From Takakia lepidozioides (Eukaryota; Plantae; Bryophyta): DNA of 64,000 nucleotides. The notes under the pieces were generated by a model that did not search any database, was not told the DNA's origin, and saw only the letters and a program-made list of their open reading frames with translations. This document shows positions 35,302 through 48,355 of this stretch, one piece after another (the first letter of the stretch is position 1; every line of letters begins with the position of its first letter). Where the stretch lies: contig CM060731.1 in assembly GCA_030704615.1 (NCBI GenBank), positions 67,642,001-67,706,000 of the forward strand, given 5' to 3'. A program made the translations under genes and the position numbers.

Positions 35302-35581
35302 CCTTCCAACGAGGTCCCCCACGAGTGCCTGTACCCAACACTTCACACGCATAGCGGTTCGACTCTCTACAGATCCGCTCGAGTATAGATTGCCTCCAAA
35401 ACAGGTGAAAGAACCAAATAGGACTGGAACCCTTCATGCCCGGGAGGCAGGGACCTGGTTCGGGGGCACTGAAAGCATCTATGTCGCTTACAAAATCGAT
35501 GCCCACTTTTTTTTCCCATTTACAAGGCTTGAACATGTTCTTAAACTCCAGGTCAGGTTCATCAGCACCATCACACTCCAT
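35302..35581 (-). pseudogene. piggyBac-like transposase N-terminal part (continuation of 1-670)
   Basis: SPIWFFHLFWRQSILERICRESNRYA..GGPRWK; removing 671-35301 plus one CCTT gives an in-frame join GGPRWK-ELIVPELRVWIG. Confidence 0.8.
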
Positions 35582-36272
35582 GTCAAGATTCTCCGTATCC
35601 CAATATCCCAGTAATCTCAGTATCCAGTAATCTCAGTATAAGTGGCTCTTAGTTACGCCGGTTTCTGCCGGAGTCTTCTCTCTATTCACGCTTTGCCATC
35701 GTGGCAAATCAATTTCTGATTTCTGACTCGACCCAAAAACGTGTCGCTTCGTCCATTAATGTGTCACGTCGATGCGTCATGTGTCGCGTTCCATCTTATG
35801 GACCAAGCATAGTTAGTATCCCATGTCTCATTTGATTAAATTGAACTAACTAGACTGATGATGTCCCGAAAAAAAATAAAAATAAAAGAAAAACTGGATG
35901 ATAAATACAATCATCAACCCTATCTGTAACCCCATGATCCTGACATCGTGTCTCTCTCAGGCTATGCTTTGACACAAGACGTAAACACGAAACATACCAA
36001 GAGTGATAGTGGGCAGTTTCAGGCCAAGAGGGCATTGGATTCCCTCACTGATCGTAGTGAGCATTTGTGGAAGACTGAGGTGTGCATAGCAATGGGCTTA
36101 TGCGGCTGTCGAAAATTTCAAGAGTTTCAGTGTTGTATCATCATTTGGATATATCCCTAAACGTGGAGTGCCGATCTCTCCTTTACTGCGCTCCATGTTC
36201 ATTTGTTTCCAGATGAGAGCGGATCGGGTCAGTGTCAGAAGAAATTGAGAACTATTTCCAGTTTCCTCAAGC

Positions 36273-38621
36273 ATGGACTCAGCGGTGCGGGGAGAAGTGG
36301 ACATCCGACATATAATCGAGCTTGCCGTGGTCCCAGTGATGAAGGTTCTGACTATGGGTGCGTTAGGGTCCCTTCTAGCACAACCTCGAATCGGTATCAT
36401 TACGCCCGATGCAACGAGGTTACTAAGCAAATTAGTATTTGCACTCTTTCTTCCCTGTCTGATTTTCACAGAGCTTGGGGAGTCGGTAACTCTTTCCAAC
36501 ATGAGAGAGTGGTGGTTCATCCCTGTAAATGTTATGCTGAGCGCGGTTATTGGGTGCATGGTTGGGTACCTTGTGGCCCTAGTTTGCCAGCCACCACCAC
36601 AGTTCTTCAAGTTTACAGTGGTTATGACTGGGATTGGGAACACAGGGAACCTCCCTCTTACCATCATCGGCTCCATGTGTCATGGGCAGTCTCACCCATT
36701 TGGTAGCAAGTAAGTGATGTTCATCTTTTCCTTCACGCATGGGTGATTGGTGGCGATGATTCTGAGTGAGGATTGCTTGAATTTGTCAGGGGATTTTTGA
36801 CACGGTACTTTTTGAAGCATGTACTGTTTTGAGAGTTCGTAGTACTGTTGATGGGAAGTGGCCTCTTGCATTGTCTAAATCAACTATGAAGATTCATAGT
36901 AAATTCTTCTATAAAGACTGTCCGCTGTTAGTTCAGCCTGCCCTGATGCTATTGGCAATTATCACCAGCAAAAGTAGGATAATCTGGTCTCTTGATCTCA
37001 CTTTCATGTTAAATGTGTAACAGGTGTAACCAGACAGGGGTTGCCTATGTGGCATTCTCTCAATGGGTTGCCGTCATCATTGTCTACACTTTTGTGTACC
37101 ATATGCTGGAGCCCCCCCAAGAGTATTATGAGCTAGTTGATGAGGGAGAGGAAGGGTTTGACAAGGAGGAAACGGAGTCAGCTATGCCGTCTGTAACAGC
37201 AGCTGAATGGCCGCAGGTCGAAGATGCTCAAAATGAGGAGTTCCGCACACCTTTACTCTCTCAAATGTTCCGGAACACATCCACCTCATCAAGAGGTAGT
37301 TGCTCTTCCCTCATCCCTACCTTTAGTAACCTTCAATGTACCTGCAGGTCAGGGTCCAGGAAGTTTTGACATAGACAACCTTTACAACACTATCCTTAAT
37401 ATGGACATGGGATCATCGGTAGCCTTGGGCAGGACCTCAAGATACTACAGCCTCTGCAGTCAGACATTGCTCAAACATACGTCAACAATCATCAAACAAT
37501 CAGAGAAAACATGGATAATTGAGGGCTGATTTCCAGCACTTGACAATGATATGTCCAATGCTGGATGCCAACAGGTGTAAGTCACTATACAAGGACAGTC
37601 AGGAGGGGTTTAGGGTGAAAGAGAGAGGGACACAAGCATACCCACAAATTTAAGAAACTGTCCATCCTATTCCTCTCTCAAGAGAGTCAGATATTGAACC
37701 CAGACACTGTCAGCTTTTTCAAACGGCTACAATGACAGTGTGCTTGACTGTTGGCCTCGTACCTGCCTTTTGCACGCAGACAGAGGACTCGGGCCGAAGC
37801 CAGTGTAAATAAGAGCCTCTTCCCCTTTTGGTCCTTTCGTTGGTACACAATCATGGGTTCCAGATATTTCATATTCCAGTGAGATTGATGTGTCCATGCA
37901 TCCAGCTTGAGCTATTGGGTCTTTAATGTTCTTCTTGCTCAAGCCAATTGTAGTCTGTCCTTCCCATCTATCCTTCTATGCTCCCTTACCGATGTTTCAT
38001 CCTTCAGGTAGTTCAATTGATGGAGGGAGCCCAAGAAACGGGGTGCGCTGCCTGACCGAGCATCGGGTGATGAAGAAGATGAGAGTTGTGGCACAGAAAA
38101 CTCCTATTCAGCACATGTTACAGCCACCGTTACTCGCTTCTCTCTTAGGCATAGTTGTGGGGATATCACCTAAGATGAGCTCTATAGTCTTTGGAGAAGA
38201 TGCACCCTTGGGATGGTTCACCGACAGTCTCACTATACTGGGGGCTGCCTTAGTTCCATGTGTTATGCTTGTTCTGGGAGGCACCTTGTCAGGGGGGCCT
38301 GGAATTTCCGAACTGGGCTTCAGGACAACTGTCGGGATTTCTTTCACACGCCTCGTGGTGCTGCCACCTATTGGGATCGGAGTTGTGCTACTTGCATATA
38401 AGCTGGGTATTTTGCCGGAGGGTGACCGGATGTTCATGTTCGTACTTCTCTTGCAGCATACCATGCCAACTGCAATTCTGTCAGCAGCGATGACAAGTTT
38501 GCGTGGCTATGGTGAGCGAGAAGCATCAGCTTTGTTGTTTTGGCAACACATATGTGCAGTGGTTTCCATTGCAGTGTACATTATGATTTTCCTCAGAATT
38601 ATTTCAACCATTTACAGTTGA
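36273..38621 (+). CDS. PILS: PIN-LIKES auxin carrier (membrane transport protein); exons 36273-36709, 37024-37295, 38008-38621; 440 aa
   Basis: LLSKLVFALFLPCLIF, GIGNTGNLPL, GVAYVAFSQW, VPCVMLVLGGTL and LLLQHTMPTAI motifs; GT-AG introns in matching phase give 1323 nt. Confidence 0.93.
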
Positions 38622-39489
38622 TCATGGATTAAGTGGCTGCGAGAAATCAGTTGGAAGGCTAACTGTAAATCTCCGCCGCAGTTCTTCATGAGAGAATAAT
38701 AGAGAGCCACTGCGAACAAATCCCTCCATTGACTTTAGGGTTAGCAGGGCTATCAACTGTGCAACAGGGTATCAATCAGGTTATCAACAATACACACCCA
38801 ACGAATTGTAGAGTATGAAAAAAATAAGACCTCAACTGGGTACAGTACCTAAAAATGAGATCAAATTGGTTTCCGGTATTATGAAATTGAAAATCCGGAA
38901 CTGGCTCGATAATGAACTGAAGACAATAGGAATAATGTAAGAACTTAATGGACGCCTGTGATTTGAGTGATCTGATAGTACTTTCGCGGGATTCCTCCGG
39001 CCCGGGGAGGAGGCTGTCAAATCCTCCCCACCCTCGGTTTCAGTAGTGTAGAGGAGGATTAGGGTGTCATCGTCGCCATGTCATCTTAGACACGTCATCG
39101 TAGACATGTCATCGTCGTCGTGCCACGTCACCATAGATATGTCATCGTCGTCATGCCACATCATTGTCATCAACTTTTTTGAAACCTGCCCAAAATGCCC
39201 GAAAATAACCTGGAAAGGTGTGTTGCAGCGCGGAGGGGTTTCACACACCGATCTAGAGGGAGATACTACATGGTGGATGCGCCACAACCTTTTTGCATTT
39301 CAAAAAGGGGACTGGCTGCAGTATGAGGATTCCAAGCCCATTACGCTTTACAATCCACTCCTAGGACCAAATACGTCGAGGAGAGATTCAATTCCCAGAG
39401 ACCCCACTTTGAATAAATCAGATGCAACGACACATGTGCAACTGGCAACATTCTCGCTTACAGATGTGCAGTTGAATAAGCAGGATGTG

Positions 39490-40085
39490 CTCAGCATGGA
39501 CGTGGCAGAGAGGCTTTTGATATCTATGATCAAATGCACCGGGAAGGGGTCAAGCCTGACATTCATTCGTGTTCTCAATGCATGTGTCAGCTTACAATCC
39601 CTGGAGAAGGGCAGAGAGGTCCGCGCTGAAATAATCGAATCTGGAATTGCACCATATGTTAATGTGGAGAATACCCTCATTGATATGTATGACAAGTTTG
39701 GGAGCGTGAACGATGCACATCAAGTGTAAATATAGCTCAACCAATGTGGTCTCATGGAATGCCATGATCACAGGATATGCTCAGCGTGGCAAATTTTCAA
39801 CAAGATGGCTAATTGAGATGTGGTCTCATGGAGCAAATTACCAGAGGATATGCTCAACATGGTTGTTCTATGGAGGCTCTTGAAATGTATGAGCAAATGC
39901 GACAGAAAGGGGTGACTCCTGACAGGGTCACATTCACTTGCATTCTCCATGCATGTAGCAACTAAGGAGGCCTGGAAAAGGGCAAAGAGGTCTTGCTGAC
40001 ATTGTCAAATCTGGAATCGTGCAAGATATCATACTCGAGACATCCCTTGTTGACATGTATGCCAAGTGCAGGAGCATGAAATACG
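39490..40085 (+). pseudogene. PLS-class PPR repeat fragments
   Basis: TFIRVLNACVSLQSLEKGREV..NTLIDMYDKFGSVNDA; further VVSWNAMI and LVDMYAKC remnants with stops. Confidence 0.8.
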
Positions 40086-40519
40086 TTTCTCATGGTGCGC
40101 ATCCATTGCAGGATATGGGTTATATATTCAAAACCCTCACAGCATTTGAATGAACATGTTCAAAAGAGATCCACCTTCTTCCTGTCTTCATTCATTAGTA
40201 GGATCTCAGGGCTGGCCTTCACAGTGCTCTTTTCATAATTACACAAAGTAAGAGAATTGCTCTAAAGTACTACCATACAGGTTCTTTATCCGTTTCTGTG
40301 ACTGTCTTCATAGGTTAGACTGCTCTGACGGACTTTGATCCGTGAAAACTAAGAACAATCTGAAGTACAGAAAGGCAGAATTATCAGTGAAGCGGACCTT
40401 CTGTCCTAAGTAGAGTGCTTCAGGTCAAAACAAACAAAGACATGAGGTCAAAAGGCCGGCATTTAATCACATAGACATTTATCTACTCCCAACAGCGATA
40501 GGCTTCCTAGAGGGCAGGG

Positions 40520-42380
40520 AGAAGAAGAGAGAGAGAATGTACTCATAAGACTTTGTTTGCCGTACCCTTGTTGCCACATACAATACTAAGTGTGGGTCAG
40601 ACAAGTACCCTGCCTTATTCATCAGCCCAGCCAATCTTTGCAGCTCAGCATGGATTTCCTCAATTTGTGGATACAGTTTGTCTTCTACAACAAATATATG
40701 CACCCAGTTGTCACCTCAATGCAGCTGCAACCTGCCTCCTCTGTTATCCATCGCTTCTCTCATGTTAGCTTTATCATCCCACCTGCCAGCTGCAGTATGT
40801 ATGTTTGATAGTAGAACATAAGCTGCAGCATTCTGTGTATCACATTTAAGAATATATTTTGCCACGCGTTCTGCTCACTTGACATCAGAATGAAATCTGC
40901 AAGCACCAAGCAATGCCCCCCACACTGAAGCATCTGGGTTGATTGGCATTTTCTTAATGAAGTCCTCTGCCTCATCCAATCTCCCTGCCCGTCGAAGAAG
41001 GTCCACCATGCAGCCAAAATGCTCCACTTCCTGCAATCATCGCACTCCATGACACCACATTTCGCTGAGCCATGTTGTCAAAAACCTGATGGGCATCCTT
41101 CACGCTCCCACATTTGGCATACATGTCAACAAGGGCAGTCTCAAGATTAATTGTATCTCCATCAATTCCAGCTTTAATGATGTCAGCATGGACCTTTTCC
41201 CCCTGTTACAAGACTCCTAGACTGGCACAAGCGTAGAGTGCGCAAGTGAAAGTGACCCCGTTAGGCGTCACCCCTTCTTGTTGCATTTGCTCTAGATCGA
41301 AAGACTCCACCTCACATCCATGCTGAGCATATCCTGTGATCATTGCACTCCATGAGACCACCTTTCATTCAGCCGTACTGTCAAACACTTGACGGCATCA
41401 TTCATGCTCCCACATTTGGCATACATGTCAACAAGGGCAGTCTCCAAATTAAGATAAGACTCAATTCCAGCTTCGATAATGTCAGCCTGGACTTCTTTGC
41501 CCTTTTCTAAGTCAGTTAGGCTAGCACACGCATTGATAACAGAAATGAATGTGACCCTGTATGGCCTTACCCCTTCCTGTTGCATTCGCGCATAGATCTC
41601 GAAAGCCTCCCTACCACACCCATGCTGAGAATATCCTCCAATTATAGTGTTCCATGATACCACACTTCGTTGCGCCATACTGTCGAACACTTGAGGGGCA
41701 TCCTTCATACTCCCACATTTGGCATACATGTTAACAAGGGTTTAACATGTGGGGTCAATTGAATCACATGCCTCAAACCAGATACCATAAGATAATCGAA
41801 TCTAATTCTTGGAAGAATATCCGTCCATGAATTGACCCTACTGCAGCATCCTTGATCAACTTGCTCTCTCTTTGTCTCTCTCACATACACACTATGCTGA
41901 ATGATTTTTTGATGGTTTAGACCACTGGAAGAAGCTGCCTCTGACACTTGTATACAACCCTGAACTTGTTCCAGTCCGTGACATGGGTAAGGATGACCTG
42001 AAAGGCCTACCTACCCTCGACACTAGACTGAAATTCAAACTCAGGGTGAGTCTACCTTTGAACAATAAACAAATGCAGGGAGGAAAGGGATATGGTAAAT
42101 GCCCAATGTGCTGGCAGCCTGAAGACAATATCCATTTTCTGATACATTCGCCAGGGTATTCTCACCAGCGAGTGAGTGTTTTCAGGAACATCAAGAACAT
42201 GTTTTTGCACCCCTGTAGTTGAATGTCTCAAAGATTACTAGATGATATCTGCTGGAATCCCAGTTTTGATGATATGAGCATGAACTTCTTTGCCCTGTTC
42301 CAGGACCCCTAGGCTGGCACACACATTGAGCATGCAAATGAAAGTGACCCTGTCGGTTGTCACCCGCTCCTCTATCATTT
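40520..42380 (-). pseudogene. PLS-class PPR gene with E/E+ extension, fragmented
   Basis: MYAKCGSMKDA..VVSWNTIIGGYSQHG; E+ HIFVVEDKLYPQIEEIHAELQRLAGLMNKAGYLSD; frameshifts; no DYW tail seen. Confidence 0.85.
41750..42220 (+). mobile_element. Probable non-LTR retrotransposon 3' fragment inserted in the PPR pseudogene
   Basis: KFKLRVS..CPMC..ED.IHFLI..P.Y resembles a LINE C-terminal CCHC; interrupts the PPR repeats. Confidence 0.45.
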
Positions 42381-42905
42381 ATTTGTCTGTCTTGAAAGCT
42401 AGGCTCAAAAGTAGGTAGTTCTGCCTGGCTGAAGTGCCTTCACTTATTTGCTGCCTCTGGAGTGTCGTGGCAGACGCAAGAAAGAACTTCAAGGTCGGCA
42501 TGCACTCAATGGGTGTTCATGAGTTCCCTAATTTGATCCATCATCAGGTCAGCGATCTCAATGCTGTGTTCCCATCGCTTGTGAAGAACTTTATGCTTCT
42601 ACCTCATTTTCATTTCAGTCCATACTTGCTGGAAGGTTTCCCCTTTAAATGGCTTTGATTAGGGGTTCATATACAGATACAGACCCAAACTTGTCTTGGA
42701 CATGGTCATATCAGATACATGTGAATCTCTTTGTGACAGAAACAAGATGATGAACTTGATGTTTTTGCTGTTACCTATAGTGTTACCCTTGCTAAGAGTT
42801 TAGCTTTGAATTTCTGTTGGTGGGAGGAAGACTCATAGAGGGCTTGTTTAATCCATCATATAGCCTGATTTAGGCATCATCAAAATGCTAGTTTTGGAAT
42901 TCCAG

Positions 42906-43251
42906 TTGGAAAGGAATGTAGAACTGAGGATGGACATGTTTGAACTTTATGCAGAGGGGATCAAGTCAAGCAAACAGGAAGAAGTCATTTGTGACGCTCG
43001 GCTACGTGCAAGAGCATCCCGAATCCACCGAGGACAAGGTTACTGCCCACATACTGAAGGTGGTTGACAGCAACATGCAAAAGTTAGTTTGGGAGCTCCT
43101 CCACCCGTCCGCGGTCCCCAAAGTCTGCAAGAATATGCATTTCAACGTTGCGCGCATGATGCACATAGTCTTTAAAAGAACAGACGGTTTCGCAACACTC
43201 ACAGAGCTCGCGCCTTACGTGAAAAAAATTCTACCTGAGCCAGTGTCATAG
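42906..43251 (+). pseudogene. Orphan last exon of a diterpene synthase
   Basis: EHPESTEDKVTAHI..VPKVCKNMHFNVARMMH..DGF..VKKILPEPV; paralogous to 63333-63683. Confidence 0.8.
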
Positions 43252-43924
43252 AAAGGACCTGTGGTGCACCAGCATTCTCTCTATGCTTCAGTTGAGGCAC
43301 AGGATTAGCGCAACGTCGGACGTGCATTTCCACAGTTCTTGCATATGACCCTTGTGGTCTAAGTTAGTATTGATCAGCTTCTCCGTTTACAATCTTCAAT
43401 CCGAAGAACAAATTTCAATTCAGCAATGAGACGACAGCCTCCGCATGTCGAGAGCCATAGGTCGGCCCTGAACGGTAAAGTAGAAGCCACGGCACGAAAG
43501 GCCCCTCCAACGGTGGAGGAGACAAGATAGGGATGGGAGGCAGAAATGAAATGCTGTTTTGTAACTTAATATAGGTACGCTTCATGTTTCCGTTTTTTTT
43601 TGGCCCTGCCTGTGCAGAGCCCACTAAAGTAGTTACTAACTTAGTAAATTGGTAGTAATAAGAAGTCGGGAGGAGAGCCCTATGAGTCTCAAGGCGGGCC
43701 CCACCCTGGTGGACCATTGCTGGTGGACCCATGCTGGCCCACACATGTCACCCCTAAAGAAACCAGCAGGTGACACCTCCCAAATGGGCGCCTCCCAAAT
43801 CCTTGTGTAGCTTACTATTATCCCCTTTTTCATTCCTGGAGCATCCGTTAATGCACAAAGCCATGCAAACTTGGGGGCTATACTTCTACTCATTTGAAGA
43901 TGGTTTAGGTTCCAAATTTAAGCC

Positions 43925-44135
43925 AACAGTCAGTAGCTCAGTTGGTAAAGTGCACTGAGTGCCATCCGGATGAGGGTCAAATCCTGCTACTTGAGGGGTG
44001 TGGTACCCTCTTCTCCCCCTTCCCTGCGCGGTGTCGCATCTGAAAGCCTTACGGCGAGGTTACTGAGAGGTTATTTTCTCCTCTCTGTATCAAGGGGCCT
44101 GATTTGTGAGCTGTCGCTCCCGGGATGTTTCTGTT
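43925..44135 (+). mobile_element. Possible tRNA-derived SINE (second family)
   Basis: A-box TAGCTCAGTTGG and degenerate B-box GGGTCAAATCC; TSD not established. Confidence 0.35.
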
Positions 44136-44536
44136 CTTTAAAATAATAATTAAAAAAAATTAACCGGGGACCTTCTTGCAGAGCCCACCCAAGGAGGTGG
44201 AGGCCACAAAACCTGTAAAATGTAGCCCTTCCCTTCTTTATATACTCTCTTAAGGAGGTGGTGGAGCCTTCTCGGAGGGGCCCACCGCATCATCCCCACT
44301 ATGTGACGGTGTCTATTTTTTAAGACTGCAACGCCCTTCATGCTCCATATGAAGGGCAAGTGAAATCAGGGCCCTTCAAATGAAAGGCCAGATAAAATCT
44401 GAACCTTTCATCAGGAAGGGCTTAAAAAAAAAAACCTTGCAAATGAGAGTCTAAGTTAAATAATGAATGGTTCAAGCCTCAAGGTACAAGTGCTTAATAA
44501 TGAAGGGTTCAAGCCTCAAGAGTCAAGGGTTCAAAC

Positions 44537-45106
44537 CAGTGTTGGTCTGGTATCAACATTTTTTGATACCGGTATATGGGTGGCTCTCAAAATGACATAC
44601 CAGGGGAACATTGGTACCAGGGAATTTTTTAAATTAAATACCAGTCTGGTATGGATATTGAGAAAATTTTAATCACTTAAGCAATGGTGTCAATACAACT
44701 GTGCTCAAGTAATACCAGTTGGTATACATACTGGGATTTGGTATCAAACGAGGCTTCAATTCATGTAAAAACCACTTGATGAGTGCATCATAGGTGAGTG
44801 CATCATACAGAGCCTTGATCCAAGCATTGATTGTTCGCCCAACAATACACCTACCCTAAGCTGCGAAATGCCGCCATAAACTCTATCCTACTTCTCGTCA
44901 ACAAGAATTGATACCAGTCGAAGAAGGGTTGTGAGCCACTATCAACACTAAACCCTAGCCCTCAACACCACATGGTATTCGTCTGTTCTTATAAACCCTA
45001 CCCTAAGCCAAGTAATGGTATCATCCTGGGTATGTAAAATTTAAGACCAGGCTGGTCTATCCCAGGGTTGATATTCGGGTCCAATACCCATACCAAACCA
45101 ACATTC
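44537..45106. mobile_element. hAT-type MITE
   Basis: 8-bp TSD GTTCAAAC (44529-44536 / 45107-45114); imperfect 17-bp TIR CAGTGTTGGTCTGGTAT; internal ATACCAG repeats. Confidence 0.75.
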
Positions 45107-45309
45107 GTTCAAACCTCTAGGTACAAGTGCTTAAACCCATCCATTGCCCAATTTGCAATAGCCATCAGAGGTTCCAAATTCCAATGGTTATTGCAGTTTT
45201 GCCAGTGGGCCAAATTCCATTGCGAGAGCACGGGCCCTACATGCACATCCACCGTGCAAATGTGTCTACTATACGGCTATGGCATACTTTCTAAGTCCTA
45301 GTCCGCCGA

Positions 45310-45470
45310 ATGGGTGGGTTCTCAAAGCAAAATTGGGTAAAAAGTGATCGTAGAAATAGATTAAAGTTGAGGACTTTGGATGCATTGATGCGAGTTTCTT
45401 TATGTGGGCTCCAAGTGGAGGCCATGGATTGGACTGCCATTTTTGAAATTTGGAGTGACATGAAGAACAG
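45310..45470 (+). pseudogene. hAT transposase dimerisation-domain fragment
   Basis: GFSKQNWVKSDRRNRLKLRTLDALMRVSL. Confidence 0.65.
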
Positions 45471-45916
45471 TAGAGTTTTTTTTTTTTTAAACGAAGGAGG
45501 GATGGTGGCCTCAAAAAGCTTTATATCAAAACGACAAAACGTACGAAATTACAAAATTTGGAAATCCAGTTGGAAAAAATACCACCTCTAAGGCCGTGAA
45601 TGCTTACTGGGGGGAAACTACTCCATAACCGAATAGAACCAACAAAGGAGAGATGAAGGGGTGGGGAGGAGGAGGAATACACACTCCCTCTTCCCTAGTG
45701 GGGGGAGGGAGGAGGAGGAGGCAAGGAACACCTGCAGCGCCGAGGTCAATCGGAGCTCAAAGCTAATGACCCCAGAGACCAAAACCAGGCAGAGAACAAG
45801 AGAAAACCAAGAAGACCTGCAGAGCCAAAGAGTAAGAGGAGAGAGATAAGTCCAGAACCAAAGGCCTACAAATCCAACCAAGGCAGAAAAACGAAGAGGT
45901 GGGTAGTTGCAGGCTA

Positions 45917-46623
45917 CGGTGGACCAAAAACTGCGTAACATGGCAGTTTCTACAGTGACCTCCATTCATGGTACCTTTTATAGTAAAATCACAACTCAAT
46001 ATTTCATACAAGTTTATATGGTCTAAGATTTGTAACTACAGTAGAGACATACTCCAATTTTTTTTATTGTAAAAAGGATCACCTATGAAAGAGCTATGGA
46101 CTCTTAAAGTTGAATCTTATGGACTGCAGTGTTACACATGAAAGACTAAAAAAACATCATATACACCTAAGTAATAGCAAAAAAGAAAACTCATAAGGGG
46201 TGCCATTGTTGAAAGCTACCCAAATGCACTTTTATATGGACTAAAAACATCAAAGAATGAGAGGTATGGACTAATTTATACTAAACATTTGGCCCAAATA
46301 TTTTCCCTGATGTACATCATCCTCATTTAGAGGCTTTTGGGATATCATCATAAAAACCCATAATCTAGAGGTGCTAAGTGATATATGGAAAAAAATCAAA
46401 AATCTCTAATTATAAGAAATAAAAAATAATTTTCTATTTTTCAGAACTAAATACTAAAAATAATAATAAACAATTATAGCCTATTTGGGGTGGGACTTTT
46501 TACTAAAAGTGTTAAATATATCATATCTATCATCTAAAATTAAATATTTGGATAAATTCCTTCAATTTGAGGTACCTATATAGACTTTCATAGAGGAAAA
46601 AATCTGCCTTTTTTGGTCCACCG
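45917..46623. mobile_element. Tc1/mariner-type MITE
   Basis: Perfect TIR CGGTGGACCAAAAA / TTTTTGGTCCACCG flanked by TA on both sides; AT-rich interior. Confidence 0.8.
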
Positions 46624-46649
46624 TACCCTACACTGCCCGGCCAGTGACA

Positions 46650-47830
46650 AGGGAAAGTGCTACAGGACATCAGAACTTAAGCTGCAGCTTTAATTTCTGG
46701 TCCCTAGTCTTCTTATGCCTCCAGTTGGCCGAGTCATCATCTTCCCTTTCCATTGGGGATTTGCCATTGTGGGGGGATGGTGTCTTCCCACCGAGGAAAT
46801 GTGTCGGAAATGCAGGTGCAGAGCAGGCTGCAGAACTGTTCCATTGGAAATAGATTTAGACTGATCTCGGATAAAGAAGTTCATCTATCTTGCTACGGTT
46901 GTCTCATCGTGGTTTCTAGCTTATGTGCAGGGTTCGAATCATGGAGGAGAGGCTTTGTGTGGGAAGGCCATCGCTCAAAGATAGAGAAGGTGAAGATCCT
47001 CGCCGCGATAAGTTTCTTATCTACTCATGTTTATGTTGCATTTGCTCATTATCCCCGCTTGGTTCTTCCCCATTTTCTTCTTTCCTTCACCAACGCAATC
47101 CCAGGATCCCAAACCGCTGCAAAAAACCAGATTGAGGCCAAAAGCACTTGATTGGCCACCAGTGCTCTTCCCGCAATGGACATCATCGAGGAGCTCCAGT
47201 GGGCTAGGGTTCTTTTCAGGGTTGCAATAACAACATGCATTCTGCTTTGCTGGGATATATTAGGCCAATTTGATGGCCCAGCAGCTTGTGGGACTCCCCC
47301 TCATTAAGCCAAGTAAGGCCGATGTCTTGCCCCTAGGGATCACAATGAGAAGAAGAAGCTTGGGTCTGCAGCAACGAGAGCAGGCCCTTTGATTTTCTCC
47401 AATTGATTTTGAGGCCGGAGTCTAGGCAGAAAACATGCAAGGCTTCCACGGCACGATCAATGTTACCATGAGAAGAGTTGTCCAACAACAGAGACATATC
47501 ATCGGCATACATCGATAATTTAACCATTTCTGGCTAGTAGGTTGGCATGTGAAGACCCACGATATCTTGCCTAGCTTCGAACAGATGTCCGAGCGAATGT
47601 GCAGCAATCAAGAAGAGAAAGGGTGCCAGAGGGCACCCTTGTCTGACCGACCTAGATATTGGAAACGTGTGGGATATCACCCCATTTACCATCACTTTGT
47701 TGGAAGCATACTGCAGCAGTATCTTAACTCGTGAGGAGAAGTGACCAGCCAGACCCGATTTTCCCAAAGCAGCCAGCAGGAAAGTCTAATCAATGGAATC
47801 AAAGGCCTTCTCAAAGTCAAGCCTCAAGAA
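46650..47830 (-). mobile_element. LINE (L1/Tx1-like) reverse transcriptase remnant
   Basis: SVRQGCPLAPFLF, SMYADD, SGLKINWRKS and SIAGRALVANQVL motifs. Confidence 0.85.
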
Positions 47831-48048
47831 AGCTAGAGGCTGGTTGTTCAGAGTCGCTCTGTGGAGTGCTTCGTGTGCTAGCAAGATGTTATCCAGAATC
47901 ATGCGGTCCTTGAGAACCCCCATTTTTCAGAATTGTCATTGTCGGCAGTGAAAATATTGATCATTATGACTAGACCCTATGGATCTATACCCTATGGTCG
48001 TCTTCGCTAACCAGCTTCTACTTAACAGTCGACATTGGAATATATCAA

Positions 48049-48228
48049 ATAATACTAATATAGACGCCTCCCGAAGAGAGCGTAAATTATGTTGTCTCTT
48101 CACCACAAGGGCTACTGCCTTCCAGCTGAAAGGTGGACACCCTCATGACACACCAGACCATGGTTTGAACCCACAACCACATCCAATGTGGTATGTGCCC
48201 ATTACCATTGGGCTACATGTTGGTTGTC
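48049..48228 (-). mobile_element. tRNA-derived SINE, copy 1
   Basis: A/B boxes on the minus strand; TSD AATATATCAA (48039-48048 / 48229-48238). Confidence 0.8.
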
Positions 48229-48355
48229 AATATATCAACATACTAGTGCTCCGTGTTGCTGTGCTGCCCTGCAGTACCAGTGACGAGATGTCAAACTATA
48301 ATATAGATTTATCTCTTTTATCATAGCTATGACTCTAGGCTATTTTGTTTGAGAG

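Noticed and set aside
35700-35860. piggyBac terminal inverted repeat and TTAA site
   Set aside because: TTAA sites exist but no convincing terminus, and the other end is outside the window
36098-36706. Overlapping and antisense ORFs at PILS exon 1
   Set aside because: Shadow frames of a real coding exon with no independent motifs
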